A stretch of 64,000 nucleotides of DNA from a virus (Duplodnaviria; Caudoviricetes), in IMG/VR virus record IMGVR_UViG_3300026159_000398, one strand, 5' to 3'. A program made the translations under genes and the position numbers. This document shows, piece after piece, positions 1 through 10,697 of the stretch. The notes under the pieces are model-generated. The model was not told where the DNA came from. It saw nothing but the letters and a program-made list of their open reading frames with translations, and ran no database searches. Positions within the stretch are counted from its first letter, which is position 1. Every line of letters starts with the position of its first letter.

Positions 1-61
1 TTGAACTATATATAATTATATATCGGGAAACATATATTCATTTAGAAAAAAGTGGGAAAAA

Positions 62-1873
62 ATGGCATTCCAGGCACGAAAAGATGGACTTACGGAATCA
101 CAAATTGCTGATGAACTTGATAAATTGACTAAGGTTGATGACAAATCTGGATTTCTGTATTTCCTTGAAAATTATGTCTACGTTGAGCACCCAAAGGGTT
201 ACGCTTTCTTGGGAGATGAAATATTTAATTGGCAAAAAAATGCTGCGCCGACCTTCTTATCCTCACGTTACATTATCGCGAAAAAGCGTCGTCAGGTTGG
301 TTATTCAACTGTCGTTGGCGCTTATTGTCTCTATCGCGCTTTGTTGTTTGATTCTCAAATCATTAACGTTGTATCTATTAAGTTAAAAGATTCTACAACG
401 TTCCTTCGCCGTACAAAATTCATCTACAATAAACTGCCCGTTTGGATGAAGCAAAAACGAATTGAAGATGCGAAGACCGTTATGGTTTTTGAACATAACG
501 GTTCTTCAATCTCCAGTTTGCCATTGACTGATGACCCTGCTCGTGGTGATACTCTTTCATTGTTGGTTCTCGACGAATTTGCTGCAATGAGAAATGCCGC
601 ACAAGTTCTTGCTGCTGGTGTTCCTTCTCTTGCAGCTGGTGCTTTCATTCCATGGACAAGTACAACTCTTCCATCACAATTGTTCATCATTTCAACGTAT
701 CCAGAAAATCCAGTTGACAATGAGTATGTTCGTCTTTTGAATATTGCTCGTGAAGATCGTGATAGTGGTTATGCTGTAGTTGATGTCGACCCAAGTGATA
801 TTCCATATTACAACAACCCACAATGGATTAAAGAGCAAGTTGACTTGCTTGGCCATAAGAGAGCAGCAGTTGAAATTTTTGGTGAAGAGCCAATTGATTC
901 TGAAAATGCTCTACTTCCAGCTCACGTATTAAAAGAACTCAAAGATGTACCACCAATTCGCTGTGACTTCTTGTTGCCTGATGATATTGACGAAGAAGGT
1001 TACTACAAAGATCTTAATGTACTTGGACAAGCCGAAGATAATTTCGATGAGTCAATCAACTATATCAAAGGACTTTGGATTTGGGAAAATCCAGACCCAA
1101 ATGCAGAATATTGTATTACGTGCGACGTTGCAAAAGGTATTGGCGGTTCTGCTTCTACTTTTGTAGTGTTCAATTTGCATACGATGGAGCAAGCCGCTGA
1201 ATATGAGAATGACAAAATAGATATCGAAGGTTTCAAAAAGATAATTGAGATAGTGACCAACTATTACAATAAAGCCAAACTTTCAATTGAAAATAACGGT
1301 CTTGGTATTGGTGTAGTTGCTTATTTCTCTGAAACAAAAATGTACGACAATCTTTATTATCATCGAATGGCTAAAAAGAGATATGAGCCAGGATTTCCGA
1401 TGGGTGTCAATACTCGTGGTCCTTCGATTGTTCACATGCAATCAATGCTTTCCAATAAAGAATACACCATCAAATCAATTCGCCTAATCAATCAACTTCG
1501 AAACTTTGGCTACACGAATCATGGCAAGATTAAAGCATTGGGTTCTGGAAGAGATGACATCGTTCTGGCTCTTTGCCAATTCTCATACCTCTTGAATATT
1601 GGCTGGGCGGTTTCCCTGAAACAAACTCGAGATGAAAGACCTCTTGGCATTATTAGCAGCCAAGAAATTGAAGCGATGAATCAGAAAGAAGAAGAAGAAA
1701 GATTGTTGAGTTCAAATAAACCCAAGTCACAAGTGTTTAAATATTGGGAAGATATGGGGATTGATTTTGATTCGTTGGATGATAGAACAAAAGAGGCCAT
1801 TGAAATGATCAAGGCCTCTGGTATGTCAATATCTCGTGAAGAAATAGAAAATATTCTGAAAGGAAATTATTGA
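62..1873 (+). CDS. terL: Terminase large subunit (T4 gp17-like)
   Basis: KRRQVGYST Walker A-type motif, LLVLDEFA Walker B, C-terminal RNase H-like nuclease motifs DVAKGIG and DDIVLA. Confidence 0.93.
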   Translation: MAFQARKDGLTESQIADELDKLTKVDDKSGFLYFLENYVYVEHPKGYAFLGDEIFNWQKNAAPTFLSSRYIIAKKRRQVGYSTVVGAYCLYRALLFDSQIINVVSIKLKDSTTFLRRTKFIYNKLPVWMKQKRIEDAKTVMVFEHNGSSISSLPLTDDPARGDTLSLLVLDEFAAMRNAAQVLAAGVPSLAAGAFIPWTSTTLPSQLFIISTYPENPVDNEYVRLLNIAREDRDSGYAVVDVDPSDIPYYNNPQWIKEQVDLLGHKRAAVEIFGEEPIDSENALLPAHVLKELKDVPPIRCDFLLPDDIDEEGYYKDLNVLGQAEDNFDESINYIKGLWIWENPDPNAEYCITCDVAKGIGGSASTFVVFNLHTMEQAAEYENDKIDIEGFKKIIEIVTNYYNKAKLSIENNGLGIGVVAYFSETKMYDNLYYHRMAKKRYEPGFPMGVNTRGPSIVHMQSMLSNKEYTIKSIRLINQLRNFGYTNHGKIKALGSGRDDIVLALCQFSYLLNIGWAVSLKQTRDERPLGIISSQEIEAMNQKEEEERLLSSNKPKSQVFKYWEDMGIDFDSLDDRTKEAIEMIKASGMSISREEIENILKGNY

Positions 1874-2277
1874 TCTTCATCTTCCTCATAAGAAAGTTCT
1901 TGTTGTTTGCGTTGTTGAATCTCTCTAAAGTTGACAGCACCTTTAGGAATAAGATTTCCTGTACCGCCTTGACTAAATGTTTGAGCAATCTTTTCACGGC
2001 TCTCATTAGTCATTTGTATCTTTATGATTCCTGATACTTGCGAAATAACTTTATCAAGCTTTGCAGAAGCCGCAAAAACCAACTTCAGAGCATCATTAAC
2101 TTTGGCTTCAAGAATTCCATCTTGACTCATCTCAAAATCTTGATCAAGAACACTTTGTAATTGACTTTTCATGTCTTTATAGTTTTGAATTGCCAAATCA
2201 CGATCAGCTTCATAGACGGCAAGAGCGTCTTTTAGAAGTTTTGAAAGTTCTTCAAATTTTTCATTTTGAAAGTTCAT
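1867..2277 (-). CDS. Helical hypothetical protein, possibly terminase small subunit
   Basis: 136 aa coiled-coil-like ORF convergent with terL; function suggested only by size and position. Confidence 0.35.
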   Translation of the reverse strand: MNFQNEKFEELSKLLKDALAVYEADRDLAIQNYKDMKSQLQSVLDQDFEMSQDGILEAKVNDALKLVFAASAKLDKVISQVSGIIKIQMTNESREKIAQTFSQGGTGNLIPKGAVNFREIQQRKQQELSYEEDEDQ

Positions 2278-2609
2278 TTCTTTAACAACCTTTTTAAGAG
2301 TATTCCCATACCTGTCAACAAATAATAGGCTGGTTCATTTCCTTTGCAATATTCTTCCATTTGTTTTTCAAGTTGACTTTGTGGTATATAAAACCATTTA
2401 CCAAATATATTTGCCGAGAAACACCATTCAACGTGATCTGTTTCATGGCAATCCCATTCTTTACATTTATCACTGTCTTGAACAACGCATTTATGTTTTT
2501 GGCACCATTCAACTTCATAGCCATAATAGAATGTTAATTTACTGGTGATTTCCAATGTAGCATAATCATCATTGATTCCAATGCTAATCATTTTCTTCCT
2601 CCATCTCAA
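2274..2609 (-). CDS. Hypothetical protein
   Basis: ORF within a tightly packed minus-strand run; true start may be slightly downstream. Confidence 0.6.
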   Translation of the reverse strand: MRWRKKMISIGINDDYATLEITSKLTFYYGYEVEWCQKHKCVVQDSDKCKEWDCHETDHVEWCFSANIFGKWFYIPQSQLEKQMEEYCKGNEPAYYLLTGMGILLKRLLKK

Positions 2610-3267
2610 GTAAAACTTTAATTTCCTTCTTTAAAGAAAGCTTTTTTGCATACGAAAAGAAATTGTTGACACTCGCCGGTGAATAATTATGGGCCTTGGC
2701 AAATGCAATGAATTTCTTTTTAACAAAATCTTTACCAGAGTGAATTTGATAATAATGGTACAATAAATCCGTCAGCTCCTCAAACTTCTTTTTACCTTCA
2801 AAGAATTTCTTGAGAGCTTCAAAAGCATCGTCAACCATCAAATTATCATTAAAGTTTTGATAATATTTTACATTCTGGTTGTTAAAAACATCATTTATAT
2901 CGATCCCGATATTGCGATACAAATATTTATTTTGTTTTTTCGTATAGTTCATGAGATTTTTGGCAACAACAGTGGAAAAGAAATTGAAGATTGAACCACG
3001 ATCAGGATTGAATTGTTTTTTATGGATAGAAGAAATAATAGCAAGGCGACCCTCTTGAAAGAGTTCATCAATATCGCCAAATCTCCAGAAGCGATACTTC
3101 TGGTTATAAATCATACCATAAATTAACTTATCGAAGTATTGCGCGAACAACACTGTCATGATTTGTTCGGTACGTTTTGTGTTCTCTGTCGTGCTCTCGA
3201 ATATTGCCAAATACTCGTCGATCAGAACTTTCATTTTCTCCTGATCTTCGCGTGTTATGTAATGCAT
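2584..3267 (-). CDS. Phage sigma factor, gp55-like (late transcription)
   Basis: Sigma region 2 signature DELFQEGRLAII..FNPDRGSIFNFFSTVVAKNL, no clear region 4. Confidence 0.75.
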   Translation of the reverse strand: MHYITREDQEKMKVLIDEYLAIFESTTENTKRTEQIMTVLFAQYFDKLIYGMIYNQKYRFWRFGDIDELFQEGRLAIISSIHKKQFNPDRGSIFNFFSTVVAKNLMNYTKKQNKYLYRNIGIDINDVFNNQNVKYYQNFNDNLMVDDAFEALKKFFEGKKKFEELTDLLYHYYQIHSGKDFVKKKFIAFAKAHNYSPASVNNFFSYAKKLSLKKEIKVLLEMEEEND

Positions 3268-3682
3268 GATTGGTCCTCAGTGTCCCAAAGTCTTCTGTCC
3301 AATATGGGCACTTGAAGTGGCTATGCTTTCCATTGGCCACACCACGCATCAAACAGATAGACTTTTGATTTATAGTTTTCTCGTAACAACACACTCGACA
3401 CTTCTTTTCACCAAGAATAGGTGAATATTGTATTTTGATCTGTTTGGTTTGTGGCACGTTAATATTTTTAAAGTCGTAAACATAAACTGTATTATCTTTG
3501 TTATGAATTATACGTCGCAGTGGCAGAATATCTGCCAGCGAGTTTTTATTTCGATAGTACCAAAGAGCAAAATAAATCGCTCGATGTTTGTCTACTATCA
3601 AAGAGTTCTTTGGAAAGGTCGTAAAGATCTCCCAAAGTTCGTTGCCATGTTTTATTCTATTGATGTTCAGTGTTATTATCAT
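3128..3682 (-). CDS. Hypothetical protein with Cys cluster
   Basis: Start overlaps upstream stop (ATGA); CRVCC..C..C. Confidence 0.5.
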   Translation of the reverse strand: MIITLNINRIKHGNELWEIFTTFPKNSLIVDKHRAIYFALWYYRNKNSLADILPLRRIIHNKDNTVYVYDFKNINVPQTKQIKIQYSPILGEKKCRVCCYEKTINQKSICLMRGVANGKHSHFKCPYWTEDFGTLRTNHALHNTRRSGENESSDRRVFGNIREHDREHKTYRTNHDSVVRAILR

Positions 3683-4590
3683 ATCATTGGTGTGAATTCC
3701 ATTCTATCGATGACATTCTTCATAATTTTTGAATATTTGATTGGCATTTTTTCCATGTACTCATTGAAGTTCAATAACTTATAACGAGCCATGTGCAATG
3801 CGTCATCCATCACATTCTCTTGGAACATTGTCATTTTCTTCATATCTGAAGAAGTGATAATTGAATTCATGATATTGTCGTAAAGAACTGTTGATTGCGG
3901 TTTGTTGCAATGTTGACAATAATAATGAACTCGACTATCGATACCAAATTGTCCGTCAAACGTTCTTGCGACCGAATAAGCCTCAAGAATTTCACTGTAG
4001 TGCATATTAAATAGAAGCACATCCAAGTAATGTTCAGGTGGAATCACAGTGTCCATAAATTTCAGTTCTGATAATTGTGTAGAAATAAACAACGCCAACA
4101 AAAACCAGTCCTGCTCACCGTGTTCCGAATTCAAAAGAAGATTGCCAAAGAAGATGTTGTCTTCCACCAATCTGATTCTGAACGTAAGTTCCATATTACG
4201 AGACGAATACGAGACTGTAGGCGATAATCGGCTCTGGAACTTATTCATGATATTGACATTGAACTTGTCGACATCCATGTAAATTTGATTTTCTTTTTTA
4301 CAGTCTGAACACACTCCATTCAGATACACTCCTGTTCCTTCTTCTAATTCATTGACATATAAATACATCCACAAATAAAAAAAATCTTGTGTTGCCATTT
4401 TCATAATGTGGACGTCTGAATCTGTGTATCGTCTTAAAACAGCGAGCTGATAATCGAACACAGAGTCAAATAAATTATTGTCACTTTGGAATAACAAGAA
4501 GTCGTTCGTAATTTGTCGAACGAGAACAAACGGCGAATATAATAATCCGCCGCTTGGTAAAAATATAAGCTTTTCGAAAGAATTCTTCAT
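3679..4590 (-). CDS. Baseplate hub assembly protein (T4 gp26/gp51-like)
   Basis: LPSGG start, two CxxC pairs, paralogous architecture to neighbouring gene. Confidence 0.55.
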   Translation of the reverse strand: MKNSFEKLIFLPSGGLLYSPFVLVRQITNDFLLFQSDNNLFDSVFDYQLAVLRRYTDSDVHIMKMATQDFFYLWMYLYVNELEEGTGVYLNGVCSDCKKENQIYMDVDKFNVNIMNKFQSRLSPTVSYSSRNMELTFRIRLVEDNIFFGNLLLNSEHGEQDWFLLALFISTQLSELKFMDTVIPPEHYLDVLLFNMHYSEILEAYSVARTFDGQFGIDSRVHYYCQHCNKPQSTVLYDNIMNSIITSSDMKKMTMFQENVMDDALHMARYKLLNFNEYMEKMPIKYSKIMKNVIDRMEFTPMI

Positions 4591-4593
4591 TGG

Positions 4594-5556
4594 TTATTTT
4601 TTAGTTTGAAGCCTGATAATTCGATCGAAGATACTTTCAATTGGAAGTTCTTTAACAACTTCTTTGTTGTTAAGTGTACAACTCTTATTGGTGCAAAGAC
4701 GAATCTTCATATCCAATTCGACTGAATAAGAACCAAATTCATTCTCGAATTTAGAGAACGCTTTGAGGTCGTCTTCGTTGAGGTTGTTGATGATTTCTTG
4801 ATAATCGTCTTCAGTAATTTCACGAGCTTCTCCGTTCTCAACAACGGTACCTTCAAATTTGACGGTAACCATCTTCAGTGTTTCAATAGAAGTTGCATCC
4901 ATGTAGTCGCTTGATTGTTGAATGGTTGGGTACATGACATACCAATCAATCTTTGCTCCAGGAAAACTGGTGAGCTTGATTTTATGTGGGAGAACTATTG
5001 AAGCAGGCAGGTACTTTGTTTTCAGATCTTTGACAAGATCTACCATGAAATGATATTCAGTACCACACTCATCACACTGAAAGACCACATCAATAGGACC
5101 ATAAGTCAAATCCAATATCTTGAAAAAGATTGGCAATTTATCGATGAGGCTGAGATCGTAGACATTGATGTTCGATTTAACGCAACTTGCAATGACAGCG
5201 TCCATGGTCGTGTTGATTGCTTTGAAGTTGTTATTGGAAAGCAATTGGTAGAAAAGACTTTCTTCTGCAGCACCCATACGACGAACATAGATTTCGTTAT
5301 TTGGAACACTGATGAATTTGTTTCCGCTGACCAATTTCATTGGCTTGGGGTCTGGTTCAAATACAGAAGATTTTGGTTTTAAGTCACCAGCTACAGCGGC
5401 CTTAGGTTTTGGTTTTTGTTGTGGTTGAACTTCTTCTTTTTCTGCCATCTCTTCAGCAGTCATGCCATCAGTAGCTTTACTTCTTTTAAGTTGTTCGATT
5501 TCCTCAAGCGATGGGTTACGAATTACTCGAGCTTTACCGTTTTTTTCTTCGGCCAT
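4594..5556 (-). CDS. Baseplate hub subunit (T4 gp26-like)
   Basis: IYVRRMGAAEE, LSLIDKLPIFFKI, CDECG and MYPT motifs typical of gp26-like proteins. Confidence 0.65.
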   Translation of the reverse strand: MAEEKNGKARVIRNPSLEEIEQLKRSKATDGMTAEEMAEKEEVQPQQKPKPKAAVAGDLKPKSSVFEPDPKPMKLVSGNKFISVPNNEIYVRRMGAAEESLFYQLLSNNNFKAINTTMDAVIASCVKSNINVYDLSLIDKLPIFFKILDLTYGPIDVVFQCDECGTEYHFMVDLVKDLKTKYLPASIVLPHKIKLTSFPGAKIDWYVMYPTIQQSSDYMDATSIETLKMVTVKFEGTVVENGEAREITEDDYQEIINNLNEDDLKAFSKFENEFGSYSVELDMKIRLCTNKSCTLNNKEVVKELPIESIFDRIIRLQTKK

Positions 5557-5704
5557 TTATTTTACTCCTATTGGATTCTCATAGAATTATATTCCAGAAC
5601 TCGAAAAAAAATTAAAAAAAGTCACCAATTTTGGAATATAATTTAATAGGGCAATCCCACCATAAAAGTTGGAACACCTGGTCAATCTCACTTAATATAA
5701 TTTC

Positions 5705-6316
5705 ATGAAACAATTAGATCATTATCTTTTAGCGGTTCTTGAAGCAAAGCAAATGAGCTCATTGAATGCTTTAATAGCTAAGATTAACTCTGGAAAGCCT
5801 GTGTATATTTTACTATCTGGTGGATTTGGCGCAGGCAAATCTCATGTAATCGAGAAAGTCCTTGGTATTCCTAAAACTGACATCGTAGATATCGATGAGA
5901 TTAAAGTGTCACAGAATCTTAGTGTGCCAAAAGCAATCAATGAAATGAGAAAAATTCTGCAAGAGCGCATGACAAAGAAGCAAAACATCATTCAACAAGG
6001 AACCAGCGCCAATCTGCAATTAACTAAAAATAAAATTATCCTTGCCAAAAAAGCTGGTTATGTGACTATTTTGTTTCGAATCGAACGTGATGTTGATGAG
6101 CAAGTTACCTCTTTATTTAAAAGAGGTGAAGAGACTGGTCGTGGTTATGAAAAGGACGATCCTTCGAAGCCAATGGAAGAGCGCATTAAAGCAGCAAAAA
6201 GTACTGTTGAATTTAAAAATCAAAAATCTCTTGAGGTTTTTGAAGCATTGAAAGATTTGCCAGAATTGGATTATGTTCTCACATATAATACGACCACTGG
6301 TAAGGTAAGTGTATGA
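5705..6316 (+). CDS. P-loop kinase (zeta toxin/AAA_33-like), probably virion-associated
   Basis: LSGGFGAGKSH Walker A, DIDEIK, IIQQGTS; N-terminal ..VLEA propeptide-like segment. Confidence 0.75.
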   Translation: MKQLDHYLLAVLEAKQMSSLNALIAKINSGKPVYILLSGGFGAGKSHVIEKVLGIPKTDIVDIDEIKVSQNLSVPKAINEMRKILQERMTKKQNIIQQGTSANLQLTKNKIILAKKAGYVTILFRIERDVDEQVTSLFKRGEETGRGYEKDDPSKPMEERIKAAKSTVEFKNQKSLEVFEALKDLPELDYVLTYNTTTGKVSV

Positions 6317-6942
6317 GTCAACCATCTAATTTTTTAGGTAAAAAACATTCTGAAGAATCAAAAAAGAAATTGAGTGATTCACATCTAGGAAAGATTCCAT
6401 GGAATAAAGATAAAAAGTGGTCAGAAAATACAAAAAATAAAATAAGTAAAGCTTGTGAAGGCCGCATACCATGGAACAAAGGATTAAAAGGAGTACAAAA
6501 ACATTCTAAGGCCACTAAATTAAAAATGAGTAAAATACATACTGGCCAAAAGCACACAATCCAATCAAAACAAAAAATAAGTGAATCTTGGACTCCACGA
6601 ATGATAGGAAGAGGCATAAAAGGACATCATAATGGAATTTATTATGATTCATCTTATGAGCTTCATTTCATGCAATTACTTGATGAATATAAAATTCCTT
6701 ATGAAAGAGCAGATAATAAGAAATTTAGAGTGAAATATACTTTTGAAAACCAAGAAAGATTTTATTATCCTGATTTTTATTTACCAAGAGAAGGAAGTAT
6801 TGTTGAAATTAAATCTTCATTTGGTTTAAATAATTTAGTAGTCCAATTAAAATTAGAAGCAGCTCAAAAACAGTACGGAACAAAGTTTATTGTTATAACA
6901 GAACAAGAAATTCCAGAATTAAAAAATAATCATTATGTTTAA
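6313..6942 (+). CDS. NUMOD3 + PD-(D/E)xK (TnsA-like) homing endonuclease
   Basis: KHSEESKKK and PWNKG repeats; YYPDFYL..VEIK nuclease motif. Confidence 0.85.
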   Translation: MSQPSNFLGKKHSEESKKKLSDSHLGKIPWNKDKKWSENTKNKISKACEGRIPWNKGLKGVQKHSKATKLKMSKIHTGQKHTIQSKQKISESWTPRMIGRGIKGHHNGIYYDSSYELHFMQLLDEYKIPYERADNKKFRVKYTFENQERFYYPDFYLPREGSIVEIKSSFGLNNLVVQLKLEAAQKQYGTKFIVITEQEIPELKNNHYV

Positions 6943-8566
6943 ATTATATTGTGAAGCCATATCCAGTTCCAACGTGAACGTATTTGTGGTATTCCCGGGT
7001 AGATTTCAACCATTTACCAAAGGGCATTTTGATGGTGTTAAAACCGCTCTAGATATTGCTGGACCATATTTGAACAAACTGATTGTTTTGACGAGTGATA
7101 TTCGAGGCGAAAAAAGCTTTCTGTCATTTGAAGAAAGAAAGTATTTAATAGAAGAAGGTGTAAATCACGATGCTAGAGTAGTTGTACGTCAGTTAAAAGA
7201 AGGAACTCCGTACAACTACAAAAGCATTCTGAATAGCATTCCTGAAATTGATTCATCCAAACACCATTTAATTCTTTTAGTCACATCTGCAGATGACGCC
7301 AATAGAATTAAGAATGCGTTTCCAATTAACTCTCTTGAAGACATTGAGAACCTTGCAGGAAAAGCAGGATTCGAAAGACGCGTCAAAATGGTCAAGGATA
7401 AAATTGGTGATAAATTCAATCCAAAGACATTTGTCTTTTCAGCCATGGGCAAAATTGTAATGCCTCGCATGAAAGAAGGCGGCCAAAAGATTTCTGGAAC
7501 AAGAGCACGCGAAGCAATCAAAAACAATGATTGGAAAACCGTGCAGCAATTAGTTCCATACACCATAAACGAACACATAAAGACTATTTTAAAGAAACTA
7601 ATTTCCATGGAAAATGCCGTAACACCACCTGAAATGAAAGCAGATAAAGGTCTCCATTTGGAACACCTTGAAAAAGCAATTACTCGACCATCACGTAAAG
7701 AAGCTGCTCTTGATATTCTGCAGAAACTCATAAATGCCAATAAGAATCTTGTTGTAACTCAAAAGATCGATGGCCGCCCAGTAATCATATTTGGTCGTGA
7801 CATGGACAATAAATTCTTTATTGGCATGAAAGATGAAGTTCTCAAAGGACGATTCATGAAGTCGTACGACGACATTGAAAGCTTTCATTCATTTGACGAA
7901 AAGAAAGCTGGTGACAAAGCAGAAATGGTCAAAGGAAAACTTGGTGGCAAAATCAAAATGTTCACCACTTTATTTCAGACTCTTTCAGGCATGAAGATTC
8001 CTGCTGGAGTCGCGTACGCAGCTGATGTTTTGTTTTACCCAGGTTTTGGCAATAAATCAATGAAGAATAATATGTACGCCGTAAAGCCTAATACGACGTG
8101 GTACATTGCAACTAATAAAGACATTTCAGAAAGAATCAAAGCTGCAGAAATTGGGCTCGCTGTTCATACTCGTTTCAAAATGGATGGTGGAGTTTCTAAT
8201 CCTGTGGCAGTCACGACCGCAACAAGCGGACTTCAACAGATTCCTCAAGTATTTATTCCACGAACACAATTCAATCTTGAACCGTTGCGTGGTGTAGAAT
8301 CAGACCTGGCTAAGTTCAAAAGAACTGGTGATGTTGAAGCAATAAAGAAAATAAGAAATAAACTTCTTGATAAATATCAACAATTGGATTTACGAGCAGA
8401 AGTAACCACAAGTGATACAAGTGATGAAGTTTCTTCAGACAAAGGTGAAGGACTTGTCGTGCACGATTCAACCAACGGCAACACATTCAAAATTGTAGAT
8501 CTTGAGGGATTCACCAAACATGCTCGTGAAATTCATGCAACAAGAAAACAAAATATGTGGAGTTAA
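6935..8566 (+). CDS. HxGH nucleotidyltransferase fused to ligase-like (KxDG) domain
   Basis: PGRFQPFTKGH and ISGTRARE cytidyltransferase motifs; C-terminal TQKIDG and GEGLVV. Confidence 0.75.
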   Translation: MFKLYCEAISSSNVNVFVVFPGRFQPFTKGHFDGVKTALDIAGPYLNKLIVLTSDIRGEKSFLSFEERKYLIEEGVNHDARVVVRQLKEGTPYNYKSILNSIPEIDSSKHHLILLVTSADDANRIKNAFPINSLEDIENLAGKAGFERRVKMVKDKIGDKFNPKTFVFSAMGKIVMPRMKEGGQKISGTRAREAIKNNDWKTVQQLVPYTINEHIKTILKKLISMENAVTPPEMKADKGLHLEHLEKAITRPSRKEAALDILQKLINANKNLVVTQKIDGRPVIIFGRDMDNKFFIGMKDEVLKGRFMKSYDDIESFHSFDEKKAGDKAEMVKGKLGGKIKMFTTLFQTLSGMKIPAGVAYAADVLFYPGFGNKSMKNNMYAVKPNTTWYIATNKDISERIKAAEIGLAVHTRFKMDGGVSNPVAVTTATSGLQQIPQVFIPRTQFNLEPLRGVESDLAKFKRTGDVEAIKKIRNKLLDKYQQLDLRAEVTTSDTSDEVSSDKGEGLVVHDSTNGNTFKIVDLEGFTKHAREIHATRKQNMWS

Positions 8567-9246
8567 AAATGCCACCTAGAGGTTTTAAATGTTCTAAAGA
8601 AACTAAAGAAAAAATGAGTAAAAGTAAAAAAGGAAAAGTTTCTAATCGTAAAGGACAAAAAGATTCTGAAATTACTCGATTAAATAAAAGTAATGCACAT
8701 TTAGGAAAACAATGTTCTGAAGAAGCTAAATTAAAATTGCATAATATTCATGTTGGTAAAGTATTATCAGAAGAAACAAAACAAAAGATGCGCAAGCCAA
8801 AATCGGATATTCATAAACAAAAAATAAGTCAATCATTAAAAGGAAAAAAATTCTCAGAACAACGCAAAAATAGATTAAAAGAAAATTGGTCTCCAAACCC
8901 AAAAAGAAATTATGGTAAAGGAGGTATTTATAATGGAATTCCATTTGATTCTTCTTACGAACTCAAATTCATGCAACTTCTTGACGAATACAAAATTCCT
9001 TATGAAAGAGCAGACAATAAGAATTTCAGAGTAAAATATATTTTTGAAAATCAAGAACATTATTATTATCCTGATTTTTATTTGCCTAGAGAAGGAAGTG
9101 TTGTGGAAATTAAACCATTTTATAAATTAACTGAAATTGGTACATTAACTAAATTAAATGCAGCTAAAGAAGTATATGGCAATAATTTTATTATTATTAC
9201 TGAAAAAGAACTGCCAGAACTTATGAAAGGAAAAAACAATGTTTAA
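8557..9246 (+). CDS. NUMOD3 + PD-(D/E)xK homing endonuclease
   Basis: SEETKQKM repeats; C-terminus nearly identical to 6313-6942. Confidence 0.85.
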   Translation: MELKMPPRGFKCSKETKEKMSKSKKGKVSNRKGQKDSEITRLNKSNAHLGKQCSEEAKLKLHNIHVGKVLSEETKQKMRKPKSDIHKQKISQSLKGKKFSEQRKNRLKENWSPNPKRNYGKGGIYNGIPFDSSYELKFMQLLDEYKIPYERADNKNFRVKYIFENQEHYYYPDFYLPREGSVVEIKPFYKLTEIGTLTKLNAAKEVYGNNFIIITEKELPELMKGKNNV

Positions 9247-10498
9247 TCAATATCTTGAAAATATACTTTCCAATGCGTTTCTCGAAGGTGGCAACGTTGC
9301 CGTTCGCAGCGGAGATAAATGGATTGGCGCGCAAAAGATTGACGTCAAAACTTATGGTCGTGAAGCTTCAAGAGACGCTATCAAAGAAGTTCTGCACGCT
9401 CTTAATAAGAAACTACAACTGTGGAATGCTAAAGACATCGACAATGGTTTGATGCTTGCTGGTTCTGGCAAAGCATTATTCAATACCTCTATTAGTGATG
9501 AAGAGTTTCTTACTCATAAACCTCTTGTTGGTGATGTTGACGTCCAGATTCCCCTTGAAGCCAAACCTGCACTTGAAAAGATCTTAAAGCCGGGCGCCAG
9601 ATTCGGCAAAGCAATTTATATTGGTGCTGGCGAAAAAGCTCAAGGTGGCGATCAAGAAGGTGCTCAAATAAATACGCTCTTTAAACTGCCTCTCGGTGAT
9701 GGCGTAAATGCGCAATTTGACTTCGAATTCGTTGGATATGAAAAGAAAACGAAGCTGCCATCTGAATGGAGCCAATTTTCACACGGTTCATCATGGCGTG
9801 ACACTTCTGTACAAATTAAAGGTGTACTGCATAAATACTTGCTTCGTGCTGTGGCTGCTGGTAAAATCAAAATAGCAAAAGTCACGACTCCTGCTGGAAC
9901 CAAAATCAAAGAAGAACCAATAAAAGAACTTGCATTCTCTGTCGCTAAAGGTCTTCGCGTAAAAATGGTGCCTCTGGCAGATTATCTCGCTAACAAGCGA
10001 GTTCCTGATGAAAACAAAATCAAGCTTCTCAAGAATCTTGAAAAAGTAACTGGTAAAACTTCATTGCAACTCAAACGTGAAAAAGATATCATGATTGAAA
10101 TGCCAACCGCAAGTTCAGAATACGTTACTGATGTTCAGCAAATCATGACTGATATTGGATTGAAGTATAATAAAGCAGATGTGGATTCATTTGTTGGTGT
10201 GATTCAGATGCTCAAGGAAATGCCTGCAGCAAACATCACGAATATCTTCAATAATTTTGTTGATTTATTATTTGAGCAGGAAATAGAAAACCCTGCAAAT
10301 TATGCAGGGTCTGAAAAAGAAAAGATTCGTAAAGCTGCTGAAGTTGATGTCGCTGTGAAAAAAGCAGGAATAGACTACTTCATGCAAGAATTCCCTGCTT
10401 TGAAAGGACTTTCTCAATCGGTAAATCAACGACTCGTCGATTGGCAAAAAAATTATGGCAAGCGTTATCAAGCTCGAAAAGAGGTTGGTACGGAATAG
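9239..10498 (+). CDS. Pol-beta-like nucleotidyltransferase, probable head-packaged protein
   Basis: LAGSG..GDVDV..QFDFE motifs; N-terminal FLE|GGN propeptide-like segment. Confidence 0.55.
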   Translation: MFNQYLENILSNAFLEGGNVAVRSGDKWIGAQKIDVKTYGREASRDAIKEVLHALNKKLQLWNAKDIDNGLMLAGSGKALFNTSISDEEFLTHKPLVGDVDVQIPLEAKPALEKILKPGARFGKAIYIGAGEKAQGGDQEGAQINTLFKLPLGDGVNAQFDFEFVGYEKKTKLPSEWSQFSHGSSWRDTSVQIKGVLHKYLLRAVAAGKIKIAKVTTPAGTKIKEEPIKELAFSVAKGLRVKMVPLADYLANKRVPDENKIKLLKNLEKVTGKTSLQLKREKDIMIEMPTASSEYVTDVQQIMTDIGLKYNKADVDSFVGVIQMLKEMPAANITNIFNNFVDLLFEQEIENPANYAGSEKEKIRKAAEVDVAVKKAGIDYFMQEFPALKGLSQSVNQRLVDWQKNYGKRYQARKEVGTE

Positions 10499-10697
10499 AG
10501 TTAACCAATCCCTCTGCCATATCTTGCCGTATAAAGAGTATTACGAACGAGTCTTCGGATGTAGCACAATTCTTCTCGCTTTTGTTTTTTCGTGAGAACC
10601 AGCGTATCCATAAACTCGTCAACCAATTTATCAAGATCATATCCTGAATTCCTTGCTACCCAAAGTATGTTTTCAACTTTCAAAAAATCTTCAAATG

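Noticed and set aside
6313-9246. Group I introns around the homing endonucleases
   Set aside because: ORFs overlap flanking genes' starts and stops, leaving no room for an intron core, and the flanking genes appear complete
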